Of a stretch of 64,000 nucleotides of DNA, positions 55,550 through 64,000 are shown piece after piece. A program made the translations under genes and the position numbers. Each line of letters opens with the position of its first letter. Position 1 is the first letter of the stretch. The DNA is from Candidatus Cloacimonadales bacterium (GTDB taxonomy: Bacteria; Cloacimonadota; Cloacimonadia; Cloacimonadales; JAIOQZ01), in NCBI GenBank assembly GCA_963665015.2, contig CAXXSY010000005.1, positions 4,301 through 68,300 of the forward strand, written 5' to 3'. The notes beneath the pieces are model-generated. The model was not told the DNA's origin and ran no database searches. It worked only from the letters and a program-made list of their open reading frames with translations.

Positions 55550-56713
55550 CTATCGAATATCCTCTCCGCGTTCGGCAAAGTCCATGGTCTCGATGGGCAC
55601 GATCTGGTTGTGCTTGTCGATCTTGAAGACGTGCCAGACGGTTCCGCGCTTGTCGCTGGGCACATAGAACGTGTCGAGCAGCTTGCCGTCGCCATAGACC
55701 TGCACCCGAGCGCCGCTGGCGGCGAGATGCTTGTTGTGCCGCGCGTGACGGTTGCTGTAGTCGTGAACCGAATAGTAGTATTCGCCCTGCGCTGGTTCGT
55801 AGATGGTGATCGTCTCCGGACCGTAGCTGCTGGTGTCGTCGCGGTCGAGGAAATCCCTGCCGGCGATCTTTACCCGGTGCCGGTACCAGATGTGGAAGTC
55901 TCCGCCCTCGGGGTTCGGTCCGCTGAGGTGCGCGTCGAGGTCTTTCGGGCGCGATCCCCAGGTAAGCACGATGCGTACGTCCTTCAGCTCGGGCGTCATG
56001 GCGCACAATACCTCGCGCGGATTCTCGTCGAAGCCCATGTTGACGTTGAAGCTTACCGGGATGAAGCCATCCTTGCGAAAGCTTAGTTCGTAATCGCCCG
56101 TCTCGACATCCGCGACATAGATGCCCTCGTCAATCTCCTTCATGTCGAGCAACTCGCCCGTCACCGCGCGAGCCGTAACCTGCACATCCGGCAGCGGTTC
56201 GCCCGTCACCGCGTGAACCGCCTGCGCCATGATGATCCGGTTCTTCGGGAAAAACCGGTTCTCGACATCCACCTCGCCCGAGGTTGCGTCCAGCGTGAAC
56301 ACCTTGCAGACGAGTCCGGCCGATTCGGGCACTTCGATGGTTTTTAGCGGTATGCCGTCTTTCGTGATCATCACCTTCGGTTTCGACTTGGCGATGAGCT
56401 GCATATCGGCGTTGATATCCTGGTCGGCGAATTTGTCGCGTATCCAGAACGAGTACAGTCCGCTGTCGTCCCGCACCTCGAATTTCTGCCGCGCGTCCAT
56501 GCCGTGATCCTCGCCCAGCGACACGATTTTATCCTCCAGCGCGGTCGCACTACCCACGCCTTGCACGAAGCCGGTTTCACCGTCGAGCGTGCCGGTCATA
56601 ACGCCGTTCAATTCGCCCTCGAACTCGTCCCACATCAGTTCGATCCTGTATGTCGTCGCGCCCAGCAGCCCGAGCACGCACAATATTACCACCAGAAACA
56701 TCACTCTTTTCAT
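55550..56713 (-). CDS. Secreted protein with a carboxypeptidase-regulatory-like domain and a YfaP/DUF2135-like C-terminal domain
   Basis: The start is moved to the ATG at 56713 (GGAGG RBS; MKRVMFLVVILCVLGLLGA). C-terminal VRIVLTWGSRPKDLDAHL..DRDDTSSYGPETITI pattern. Confidence 0.7.
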   Translation of the reverse strand: MKRVMFLVVILCVLGLLGATTYRIELMWDEFEGELNGVMTGTLDGETGFVQGVGSATALEDKIVSLGEDHGMDARQKFEVRDDSGLYSFWIRDKFADQDINADMQLIAKSKPKVMITKDGIPLKTIEVPESAGLVCKVFTLDATSGEVDVENRFFPKNRIIMAQAVHAVTGEPLPDVQVTARAVTGELLDMKEIDEGIYVADVETGDYELSFRKDGFIPVSFNVNMGFDENPREVLCAMTPELKDVRIVLTWGSRPKDLDAHLSGPNPEGGDFHIWYRHRVKIAGRDFLDRDDTSSYGPETITIYEPAQGEYYYSVHDYSNRHARHNKHLAASGARVQVYGDGKLLDTFYVPSDKRGTVWHVFKIDKHNQIVPIETMDFAERGEDIR

Positions 56714-56842
56714 CCGGATACCTCCATGTCGTCTTAAAATGCCGGAAGAATCGCAGATTGTCAAGGAATTCGATAGTGCCTGCAGAAATGTGTCCGCAAC
56801 AGACTTGAAGAAAAAGGTTTACAGAATATTCCGATAAATTTA

Positions 56843-56895
56843 CCTGGTTCTTTTACAAGGTACTTACACTGTAAGTACCTTGTAAAAGAACCAGG
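56843..56895. promoter_or_regulatory. 53-bp perfect palindrome (candidate AbiEi operator)
   Basis: Arms 56843-56868 and 56870-56895 are exact reverse complements (CCTGGTTCTTTTACAAGGTACTTACA c TGTAAGTACCTTGTAAAAGAACCAGG). The right arm ends 9 nt before the abiEi ATG and overlaps its RBS. Confidence 0.6.
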
Positions 56896-56904
56896 GAGAA
56901 ATAA

Positions 56905-57492
56905 ATGAACCTGAAAACATACTTCTATCAACGGCATTATGTACGAATGCAGGATATGAAGGAAGCGGGATTTCACCCGAGAACCATTGCGGAAGCAGTG
57001 GAAAATGGGTGGCTCGAGAAAGTAAGTCCGGGGCTCTATCGACGTACTGATTTGATTGAGCACAATTTTGTGAATTTCATCGATGTTTGCACGGCTCGAC
57101 AAGATGCTATCATTTGCCTTTCATCTGCGCTTGAGTACTACGATTTCTCAACGGTCAATCCTCATCGGGTTACTATTGCCGTTCCCCAGAATACAGATAT
57201 CGTAAGAATCTTCACACCGCCTATTGACGTTTTCTATTTCAAAGAAACACAAATATCGTGGGGAATAAAAACCGTGGAAACAGAGTATGGAATTTTCAGA
57301 ATATTTGACGAAGAGAAAAGTATATGCGATGCCTTTCGCCTGAGAAACAACCTTGGTGAAGACATTGCTATCGAAGCGCTTAAAAATTACCTGAAAAAAC
57401 CGGAAGCAAACCTTTGGAAATTGCGAGAATATTCGATCCGAAGTCGTGTTAAATCTATTATAGCACCTTATATTAAGGCAATTGTCGGATGA
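56905..57492 (+). CDS. abiEi: AbiEi-family type IV antitoxin / transcriptional regulator
   Basis: N-terminal wHTH-type ..MQDMKEAGFHPRTIAEAVENGWLEKVSPGLYRR.. followed by ..AIICLSSALEYYDFS.., typical of AbiEi. ATGA overlap with the downstream toxin gene. Confidence 0.75.
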   Translation: MNLKTYFYQRHYVRMQDMKEAGFHPRTIAEAVENGWLEKVSPGLYRRTDLIEHNFVNFIDVCTARQDAIICLSSALEYYDFSTVNPHRVTIAVPQNTDIVRIFTPPIDVFYFKETQISWGIKTVETEYGIFRIFDEEKSICDAFRLRNNLGEDIAIEALKNYLKKPEANLWKLREYSIRSRVKSIIAPYIKAIVG

Positions 57493-58403
57493 AAGAAATC
57501 AAAGACATGAGTGCTTCGGTACGTAATCGGCTGAACCGAAAAGCAAAATCGAGTAAAGCCGATTTCAATGCAGTGCTGCGTCAGTATTTCCAGGAGCGAG
57601 CCTTATTTCGCCTGTCAATCTCACCCTACAGGGACCATTTTGTGCTCAAAGGTGCCTTGCTGTTTCATTGTATGCAGATATTGGGATCAAGAATGACCAA
57701 GGATATCGACTTTCTGGGAGTGAAAACCTCGAATGATCAAGCTCGCATTCTAGAGGCATTTAAAAGTATATTATCGATAGACTTCGATGACGGAGTGCGT
57801 TTTGATATCGACTCGATCCATATCGAAGTAATCGCTGAACAGAAAACTTACAGTGGGTGGCGAATACATTGTGTGGCATTCCTGGGACAAGCCAGACAAA
57901 GGATCAAAATGGATGTTGGTTTCGGTGATGTTATCGTTCCTGAAGCACACTTCTTCGAATATCCTGTGATGCTGGATGATTTTCCCAGTCCGGAAATTCT
58001 TGTATATTCGCTTGAAACGGCAATCGCCGAGAAGTTTGAAGCAATTGTTTTTCTTGGTTACCAGACCAGTCGCATGAAGGATTTTTACGACATCCACTTC
58101 ATGTCGGATAAGCAATCGTTCGAGGCAGGTGTTCTCAGGAAGGCGATTCACGCGACATTCGATAACCGAAACACTCGGCTTTCGGATTATCGGGAGGTAT
58201 TCACCGAAGATTATCGTGGTGAGAGGCAGAAACAGATACAGTGGAAAGCATTCCTGCGAAAGACCGGCATCCCATCCGAACTGAGTTTCAGCGATTGCGT
58301 CGCCGGCATCGAGAAATTCCTCGATCCTGTACTATGTTCAAACGATTTGAATGCAAAATGGAATCCAGAGCTGAGATCGTGGGAGCCGAAAGAAGGCGAC
58401 TGA
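57489..58403 (+). CDS. abiEii: AbiEii/AbiGii-family nucleotidyltransferase toxin (DUF1814)
   Basis: SVRNRLNRKAK..FNAVLRQYFQERALFRLSISPYRDHFVLKGALLF..RMTKDIDFLG.. matches the N-terminal signature of AbiEii. Confidence 0.8.
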   Translation: MKEIKDMSASVRNRLNRKAKSSKADFNAVLRQYFQERALFRLSISPYRDHFVLKGALLFHCMQILGSRMTKDIDFLGVKTSNDQARILEAFKSILSIDFDDGVRFDIDSIHIEVIAEQKTYSGWRIHCVAFLGQARQRIKMDVGFGDVIVPEAHFFEYPVMLDDFPSPEILVYSLETAIAEKFEAIVFLGYQTSRMKDFYDIHFMSDKQSFEAGVLRKAIHATFDNRNTRLSDYREVFTEDYRGERQKQIQWKAFLRKTGIPSELSFSDCVAGIEKFLDPVLCSNDLNAKWNPELRSWEPKEGD

Positions 58404-58973
58404 CTATTTCTTATCCGGGCACTCGACGACGGTCACGCCGGCGGGATCAGTGATGCTGGAGACAATGCGCCAGCCGGGCTTGAGCCAGGCGTAGAGCATC
58501 AGCGACATGATCCGCGCTTTGTGCGAGACGAGCAGCACCGGTTCTTTGCAGCTTTGCGCCCTACGCATGATGCGAGAGGCAGTTCTCATGATCTTGAAAA
58601 AGCCGAAGTTGAAAATCGAATTGAAGAAGGTATAGACGAACCAGTTGTAGAGCGAGAGCTGAATCCAGCTTGGCAGCCGCATCGACTTGGTGTCGATCTC
58701 GCGCAGATCGGGCCACGTATCCATGGGTATTTTGCCTTCCGGATTCATGTAGGAGGCGGAATCGATGGCGCGCGGCAGCGGACTGTGGAAGATACGGTTG
58801 AAGGTTCCGCGCCACTTCACGCTCGCCTCTTTCACCTGCTCGATCCCGAGCTCCGTGAGCTGGGCGTTGTCCCAGGAGGGGAGCTGTCTGCGAAATTCCT
58901 TCCAGTCCGTTTTTTGCTGGAAATCACCCACCAAGTGGGTCGAATCCCCATGCCGCATGATATAAATCTTCAC
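58404..58973 (-). CDS. Histidine phosphatase family protein
   Basis: N-terminal MKIYIMRHGDS (RHG motif). Its stop codon directly abuts the abiEii stop. Confidence 0.7.
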   Translation of the reverse strand: MKIYIMRHGDSTHLVGDFQQKTDWKEFRRQLPSWDNAQLTELGIEQVKEASVKWRGTFNRIFHSPLPRAIDSASYMNPEGKIPMDTWPDLREIDTKSMRLPSWIQLSLYNWFVYTFFNSIFNFGFFKIMRTASRIMRRAQSCKEPVLLVSHKARIMSLMLYAWLKPGWRIVSSITDPAGVTVVECPDKK

Positions 58974-59806
58974 TATTCCACCATTTCCTCCGGATTTCCG
59001 AAAAGCTCCTCCAGCCTCGTCAGATAGAGGTAGCCGGTTCCGGGCTGATCCAGATCAATCTTGAATTCGCGTAGTAGTTCGTACAATTTTCGTGCCACGT
59101 TCTGCTCGTTCACCACGCACTGAACGACCATCGATCGCTCGTCTTTGCCGGGAGACATATAGCTGAGTCCTGCGAATACCGGCATTTCGTAGGCAAGTTT
59201 CCTCGCCATGGAAATACTGTCAATGATCGAAGCGTTCGTAATGCCGAGTTCGACCAGCGCCGAGAGCAGTCCGTCCAGGAAATCCGGATTGTGCAGAACC
59301 ACGGTGAGTCCGTATCTGGCGCTCACTTCGCTGGATTTGTCCTTCTCCTCGTAGCGGTTGATCAGCGTCAGGATTTCCGAGGGATGTTTTGCGTTGATAA
59401 TCGCGTGACGGAATTCGTCTTTCTTCAAAAGCCTCGACGATTTCGCCAGCATTTGCAGATATTCGCGGTTTTCTCCGGGAGGCGCGCCGAAGAAGAAAAT
59501 AATCCGCGCGGGCCCCATCTCTGGATTGCCGTAATCGATTCCGCCCTTCAGCACGATGATGCAGAGAAACGCCTTCTCGCAGCTTTCGTCACGGGCGTGC
59601 GGCAGCGCGACTTCGGGGATCAGCTCGGTGTTGGCGGTGTCCTCGCGTCTCTGAACCGCTTTGAGGAACGCCTTGTGATCCCGGATGATATCCTGGTTAT
59701 AGACGTGGTTCACCATCTTCTCGAAGAGGTCTTTTTTGTCCTTGACCTGCGGATTGATGATGATCAGGTTTTCGTTGATGCAATCATTCCACATTACCGC
59801 CTCCAT
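58973..59806 (-). CDS. PTS EIIA type-2 (PtsN-like) domain fused to a small alpha/beta C-terminal domain
   Basis: ..AVQRREDTANTELIPEVALPHAR.. (phosphorylatable His context) and ..ARIIFFFGAPPGENREYLQMLAKSSRLL... The C-terminal ~125 aa are unassigned (PII-like/ferredoxin-like is a guess). Confidence 0.7.
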   Translation of the reverse strand: MEAVMWNDCINENLIIINPQVKDKKDLFEKMVNHVYNQDIIRDHKAFLKAVQRREDTANTELIPEVALPHARDESCEKAFLCIIVLKGGIDYGNPEMGPARIIFFFGAPPGENREYLQMLAKSSRLLKKDEFRHAIINAKHPSEILTLINRYEEKDKSSEVSARYGLTVVLHNPDFLDGLLSALVELGITNASIIDSISMARKLAYEMPVFAGLSYMSPGKDERSMVVQCVVNEQNVARKLYELLREFKIDLDQPGTGYLYLTRLEELFGNPEEMVE

Positions 59807-60980
59807 TGAATGATTTACGCTGCAAGCGCGCGTAGCTGTACTTGAGTAGCATCGGCGTGATGAACGCGCTCACGATGACCAGCATGATGGTCGAGGAGAG
59901 CTCGTTGTCGGTGATGAGCTTCCGCTCGATGGCCATATTGGCTATGATCAGCGCAACCTCGCCGCGCGGGATCATGCCGAAGCCGATACGCAGCGAGCGG
60001 ATGCCGTCGAAGCCGGACAGCCTCGCGCCGATCGAACTTCCGATCAGCTTGCCGCCCATTGCCAGGAACACGAATAGCGCCAGGAAGATCAGGTTTGTCT
60101 GGATCTTGAAGAGGTGAATCCCCAGCCCGATATTGACGAAAAAGACATCCACGAAGAACGATTTCCCGACCGTCGAGATGTCCTCCTGGATGGCGTGTTT
60201 ATACTTGGTCTGGCCGATGAAGAGCCCCGCGAAATAAGCACCGGTGATGGCCGCGATCTCCGCCTGTTCGGCGAGCCAGGCATAGACGAAGATCACCGCG
60301 ATTGCCAGTGAGAGCGTTGCGGTCTCCAGATAGAATTTCTTGATGTTGAGGAAGAAGGGTTTGAGCACGAAGAAGCCAAACAGGAAGATCAGCACGAAGA
60401 AGCCTACGATCTTGCCGATGGAGTGCATGAAGGCGATGCCCGGTAGATGCAGGCTCTCGCCGTGGCCGATGTTCATGCCGAAGAGGAAGGTGACCAGCAG
60501 GATGCCGATCACGTCGTCGATGATGGCGGCGTTGACGATGCAGCGTCCCTCGATGCCCTTCAGTTTGCCCAGATCGATCAGAGTCATCACGCTGACGCTG
60601 ACGCTGGTGGCGGTGAAGATCACGCCGATGGTCAGGCTGTGCATGAGGCTGTTGTTGAAGAGCAGCGACAGCCCGATGCCCAGCAGCATGGGAACCGTGA
60701 TACCGCCCAACGCCGGTAGCAGCGCCTGACGCGAGTCCTGCTTGATCTGCTTGAGATTGGTCTCGAGTCCGGCCTCGAAGAGCAGGAACAGCACGCCCAG
60801 CTTGGCCAGCCACTGGATGATCACGTCCGATTCGACCAGGTTCAGGAAGCTCGGTCCAAGGATCACGCCCAGCAACAGCATGCCGATCACGGGCGGCTGT
60901 TTGAGTTTCCTCGAGAACGCCTCCATGATCTTGGAGCAAAAGATGATGATCGCCAGATCGAGCAGGATTCTATCGCCCAT
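59784..60980 (-). CDS. Cation:proton antiporter (CPA2/Kef-type membrane domain)
   Basis: About 11-12 TM segments. N-terminus ..KLKQPPVIGMLLLGVILGPSFLNL.. is typical of the Na_H_Exchanger family. Confidence 0.8.
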   Translation of the reverse strand: MGDRILLDLAIIIFCSKIMEAFSRKLKQPPVIGMLLLGVILGPSFLNLVESDVIIQWLAKLGVLFLLFEAGLETNLKQIKQDSRQALLPALGGITVPMLLGIGLSLLFNNSLMHSLTIGVIFTATSVSVSVMTLIDLGKLKGIEGRCIVNAAIIDDVIGILLVTFLFGMNIGHGESLHLPGIAFMHSIGKIVGFFVLIFLFGFFVLKPFFLNIKKFYLETATLSLAIAVIFVYAWLAEQAEIAAITGAYFAGLFIGQTKYKHAIQEDISTVGKSFFVDVFFVNIGLGIHLFKIQTNLIFLALFVFLAMGGKLIGSSIGARLSGFDGIRSLRIGFGMIPRGEVALIIANMAIERKLITDNELSSTIMLVIVSAFITPMLLKYSYARLQRKSFNGGGNVE

Positions 60981-61962
60981 TGTCGCTCCTGAGCTTCCGA
61001 AGCTTCGTGGAATGCTGGCGGAAGGTCTCGGAGAAGATGTGCCCGCCCTGTCCGTCGGCGAAGAAGAAGAAGTAGTTGGTGTCCTTCGGAGCGAGGATGG
61101 CTTCGATGGCGCTGATGGTGGGATTGCAGACCGGAGTCGGTGGCAGTCCGGGATTGCGATAGGTGTTGTAGGGCGAGTCGAAACGCAGGTCCTTGTAAAG
61201 GATGCGGGAGCGCCTGATTCCGGCGTTTTCGAGCGCGTAGGCGACGGTCGGGTCGGCTTGCAGGAGCATGCCGCGCTCGATCCGGTTCAGATAGACGTCC
61301 GCGATATAGGGTTTCTCGTCCTCGCGTCGTGCCTCACGCTCCACGATGGACGCCAGGATTATGGTGGGGTAGAAGTCGTCGAGAAAGCTTGTGTCGTCGA
61401 AGGTGGCCGCGGTCATGTTCCAGAACTGATCGACCATGTGCCGGAGGATGAATTCCTCGCTCACGTTTTCCGGGAAGAGGTAGGTCTCCGGATAGAGGAA
61501 TCCCTCGAGCGATGGGAGATCGAAACCGGTAACGCGCCGGACGAAGAGGGAGTCGTTGATCAGCTCGTTGAACCTCTTGTAATCGCCGAATCCGTTGTCC
61601 GCGAGGATGTGGGCGGTTCTGCGCGCGGTTAGTCCTTCGGGGATGGTGACCTTGCGCAGGATCACACGGGCGGAGTGGAGTCTTTTAAGAGCGTCGGCGA
61701 TGGTTATCTTGCCGCGGAACAGGTATTTGCCGCGACTGAGTTTGCGGTCGATACCTTTATATCGTGCGTAGGTCTCGAAAAAAAAACGACTGCGGATGAT
61801 TCCGCTGTCGTATAGTTTCCGGGAGATACTCTTCGCGGTCTCGCCGTCGTTCACTTCGACGATGGTGTCGCGGATATAAACCGGTCTGAGCAGCATTTTC
61901 ACATCGATGGCGATAAAGGTCACGATCACGAGCAGGATCGCGATGGGGAGAGCCCGTTTCAT
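60970..61962 (-). CDS. mltG: Endolytic murein transglycosylase MltG (YceG family)
   Basis: An N-terminal TM segment, then ..LYPETYLF.., ..ASIVEREA.., ..LQADPTVAY.. and ..SPYNTYRNPGLPPTPVCNP... Confidence 0.85.
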   Translation of the reverse strand: MKRALPIAILLVIVTFIAIDVKMLLRPVYIRDTIVEVNDGETAKSISRKLYDSGIIRSRFFFETYARYKGIDRKLSRGKYLFRGKITIADALKRLHSARVILRKVTIPEGLTARRTAHILADNGFGDYKRFNELINDSLFVRRVTGFDLPSLEGFLYPETYLFPENVSEEFILRHMVDQFWNMTAATFDDTSFLDDFYPTIILASIVEREARREDEKPYIADVYLNRIERGMLLQADPTVAYALENAGIRRSRILYKDLRFDSPYNTYRNPGLPPTPVCNPTISAIEAILAPKDTNYFFFFADGQGGHIFSETFRQHSTKLRKLRSDNGR

Positions 61963-62378
61963 CGATAGGATTCCAGATAGTTTCTCAGGATAATGGAAGC
62001 GGCGATCTGGTCGATAATCTTGCGCCCGTCTATTGGGTTTTTGCCCATCTTCCGGATTTCGGCGCTTGCCTCTTCGCTGGTGAAGCGTTCGTCCTGGAAA
62101 TCGACGGGTATTTCGATACTGGTACGCAGCTTCTCGGCAAACTTTCGGATCAGAGACGACTGGTAGGTCTCGTGTCCTTCCATGTCGAGGGGAAGCCCCA
62201 TCACAATGCGTCCGACATGCTCTTTCCGGATCGTGTTCTGGATCCAGTCCAGCGCGGAATCTTCCGAGTCGTAGATCAATGTGTAATAGGGTTGTGAGAT
62301 AATCCGCATGGGGTCTGTCAATGCAAACCCGATTTTCGAATTACCGTAATCGATAGCTAAAATTCGATAAAATCCCAT
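61959..62378 (-). CDS. ruvX: Putative pre-16S rRNA nuclease / Holliday-junction resolvase-like RuvX (YqgF)
   Basis: MGFYRILAIDYGNSKIGFALTD.. and ..DERFTSEEA... The start is moved to 62378 to remove a non-conserved extension that overlaps the upstream gene. Confidence 0.75.
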   Translation of the reverse strand: MGFYRILAIDYGNSKIGFALTDPMRIISQPYYTLIYDSEDSALDWIQNTIRKEHVGRIVMGLPLDMEGHETYQSSLIRKFAEKLRTSIEIPVDFQDERFTSEEASAEIRKMGKNPIDGRKIIDQIAASIILRNYLESYR

Positions 62379-62397
62379 AGATCGTTGTTCTGACTTC

Positions 62398-62988
62398 CTA
62401 TATATTCGATTCGTCCTGCCAGCGGATGATCTTCCATACATCATCCTCTTCGGTCAGGAAGAATCGTGCGTAACCATTGGCCAGTATCTCGGAGGTCTCG
62501 AAGCTGAGACGGAGATCGAAATAACAGGGGACGATGAGATTGTATTCTCCCTCGCCTGTCTGCGCGTTGTTCCAGAGAGAGTCCGGCGGAACTTGCAGGC
62601 TCAGGGAGATATTGTACGGCGGGGGGGTCCTGCCGTCGCTGGAGCCATACACGAAGAGATTCTCGTGGTAAAGCACCTCTTCGTCGTATCCCCACCAGTC
62701 GTCCTTGATGCCGTCTCCATCCATATCCAGACCCAGTTCGGTGTATTCGGATGAGACCAGCACGAATTTGAAAGATTCGGACAGGCATCGCTTGTAGAGG
62801 TCGATGTCCTGCGTGTTGTACGCGAGCTGCAAATTGGAGAGAACCTGCTGGGGAGAATCGGCGATTGACGCCCGGGGTGTCTCCGTTTGTTTACGCATGT
62901 CCGGATTGAATGGATTCTGGCATCCGACTGTAAACAAAATTGACAGAACAAGGGTTACACCCCAGAGGATTTCACGGTGAAACTTCAT
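62398..62988 (-). CDS. Lipoprotein, hypothetical
   Basis: Lipobox LFTVGC. The C-terminal ..DDVWKIIRWQDESN resembles the neighbouring gene's ..DGLWRIAQWRDYRK. Confidence 0.6.
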   Translation of the reverse strand: MKFHREILWGVTLVLSILFTVGCQNPFNPDMRKQTETPRASIADSPQQVLSNLQLAYNTQDIDLYKRCLSESFKFVLVSSEYTELGLDMDGDGIKDDWWGYDEEVLYHENLFVYGSSDGRTPPPYNISLSLQVPPDSLWNNAQTGEGEYNLIVPCYFDLRLSFETSEILANGYARFFLTEEDDVWKIIRWQDESNI

Positions 62989-63526
62989 ATTTCAACCTCC
63001 CCCAGGTAACCGCTTGCTGGTCTTTTCTGTAGTCCCGCCATTGTGCGATTCTCCATAATCCGTCTTGATTTTTGATGATCTGAAAATACGCCGTACCTTC
63101 GAACGTGTCCGGCATTCCTTCCAGATCGTGTTGAACGCTCAGCCGGTAATCCCGGTAATATTCAGCTATTTCATTCTGAATCTCGTCCGGTTCGTCCGCA
63201 ACCGCTGTGAGCTCCAGGCTCATTGACGTTCCCGACAGGAGGTGGTTGTACAGCAGAAGGAGCGTCTCTTCTTCCGTCTGCGCGTCCCACGTCTCGGGAA
63301 CACCATAATCGCTTATATCCTGCGTGTCAAAGAAAAAAGAAAACCCGTCCGGGAAAATCTCGCCGTATTTGATGCTGTTCTGGCTGTACTCGAAAGCGTA
63401 CTCGAGATTCTGCAGTGACTGCTCCGGCTGGGTGGGAAACGAATTCCACTCAGCGCCCGACTTGGGCTCCTCCGAATCCCTCGGTGAGAAGGCGTTGCAA
63501 GACAGAAGAAGCGCAATCGCTACCAA
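62972..63526 (-). CDS. Lipoprotein, hypothetical (paralog of 62398-62988)
   Basis: TTG start. ..LLLLVAIALLLSC lipobox region. The exact start is uncertain. Confidence 0.5.
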   Translation of the reverse strand: MVAIALLLSCNAFSPRDSEEPKSGAEWNSFPTQPEQSLQNLEYAFEYSQNSIKYGEIFPDGFSFFFDTQDISDYGVPETWDAQTEEETLLLLYNHLLSGTSMSLELTAVADEPDEIQNEIAEYYRDYRLSVQHDLEGMPDTFEGTAYFQIIKNQDGLWRIAQWRDYRKDQQAVTWGRLKYEVSP

Positions 63527-63536
63527 CAGCAGCAGG

Positions 63537-63887
63537 TTACGACTTCTCGTCTTCCTCGTCCTCTTCCTCAGCCTCTTTCTCCTTCTCTTTCATCTTGCGA
63601 ATCAGCTCTTCCCGCTCTTCAATCTCGGCTTCCAACGCTTTGATCTTGAGTACAATCTCCCGCAGATCGGGATGGTTCGAGAGCTCCTCGCTGTCGCAAA
63701 CAAGGGTTCCTATCTTCTCTTTGTGTTCGCGAATATCGCCCTTGAGCGAATTGATCGCCAGGCGATGGCTGGAGACTTTCGTGGCTTTCCCCACCTCGTC
63801 GAACACCTTCGTGAGCGCGATATTTACTTCTTTTCTAAGGTTTTCCAACATTTTCTTATGATCCATGGCAACCTCCTGATCACGCAC
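63537..63887 (-). CDS. Small coiled-coil protein with an acidic tail
   Basis: A 116-aa ORF ending ..KEKEKEAEEEDEEDEKS. No recognised domain. Confidence 0.5.
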   Translation of the reverse strand: MRDQEVAMDHKKMLENLRKEVNIALTKVFDEVGKATKVSSHRLAINSLKGDIREHKEKIGTLVCDSEELSNHPDLREIVLKIKALEAEIEEREELIRKMKEKEKEAEEEDEEDEKS

Positions 63888-64000
63888 TTCTTTCTCAATT
63901 TAAAATGCGTATATCAACCTTTTCTTGTCAAATATTTTTCCAGATGATCTGCTTCAATGATTTTCACGTATTCACCTGAACATTGATCAGCACGATGTCG

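Noticed and set aside
63914-64000. Possible 3' end of a further minus-strand gene entering from the right edge (..VKIIEADHLEKYLTRKG, stop at 63914-63916).
   Set aside because: Only 28 codons are visible, which is too short to support a call.
1-64000. Search for tRNA, rRNA, tmRNA or attachment-site tRNA fragments next to the prophage pieces.
   Set aside because: I recognised no cloverleaf-like or rRNA-like sequence by eye in the intergenic regions. Mu-type phages also do not use tRNA att sites. A tRNAscan/Infernal run would be needed to be certain.

Overview
This 64-kb window comes from an uncultured bacterium. Many of its secreted proteins end in the ~80-aa T9SS (Por) C-terminal sorting domain (NPFNPST..YN..GQ.V..SG.Y..KM.LLK), which suggests an FCB-group lineage such as Cloacimonadota or Fibrobacterota; the lineage is inference only. 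From left to right: (1) A 5'-partial giant beta-helix T9SS cargo gene. (2) At 6.1-14.8 kb, a GC-rich, heavily decayed Mu-like transposable prophage. It carries a Mu F-like head protein, a frameshifted large terminase, a small terminase, a MuB-like ATPase, a C-terminal stub of a MuA-like transposase, an HTH-less S24 repressor and an end-repeat array. Two AT-rich single-gene cassettes are spliced into it: a 3-TM membrane protein and a macro-like/TIR fusion. The fusion is the best candidate here for an undescribed defence module. (3) A TPR histidine kinase and an NtrC-type activator, followed by a good sigma-54 promoter in front of a small ORF and a 1862-aa FG-GAP/LamG surface protein. (4) At 24.4-27.05 kb, two more pieces of the same phage family: a collinear microhomology-deletion derivative ending in the end-repeat array, directly abutting a tail-fibre module. 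(5) An IS1182-family IS. (6) At 29.5-51.6 kb, an island of T9SS cargo and lipoprotein genes. Three of them share a near-identical 252-bp sorting-domain cassette. The island also holds GC-rich hairpin repeats, a MITE-like element and an M6 metalloprotease. (7) A Na+/solute symporter and a second IS1182 copy. (8) A low-GC AbiEi/AbiEii module preceded by a 53-bp perfect palindrome. (9) A housekeeping block: histidine phosphatase, EIIA(Ntr)-like fusion, CPA2 antiporter, mltG, ruvX and lipoproteins. I recognised no rRNA, tRNA or CRISPR array. All family assignments rest on motif recognition by eye, not on searches.
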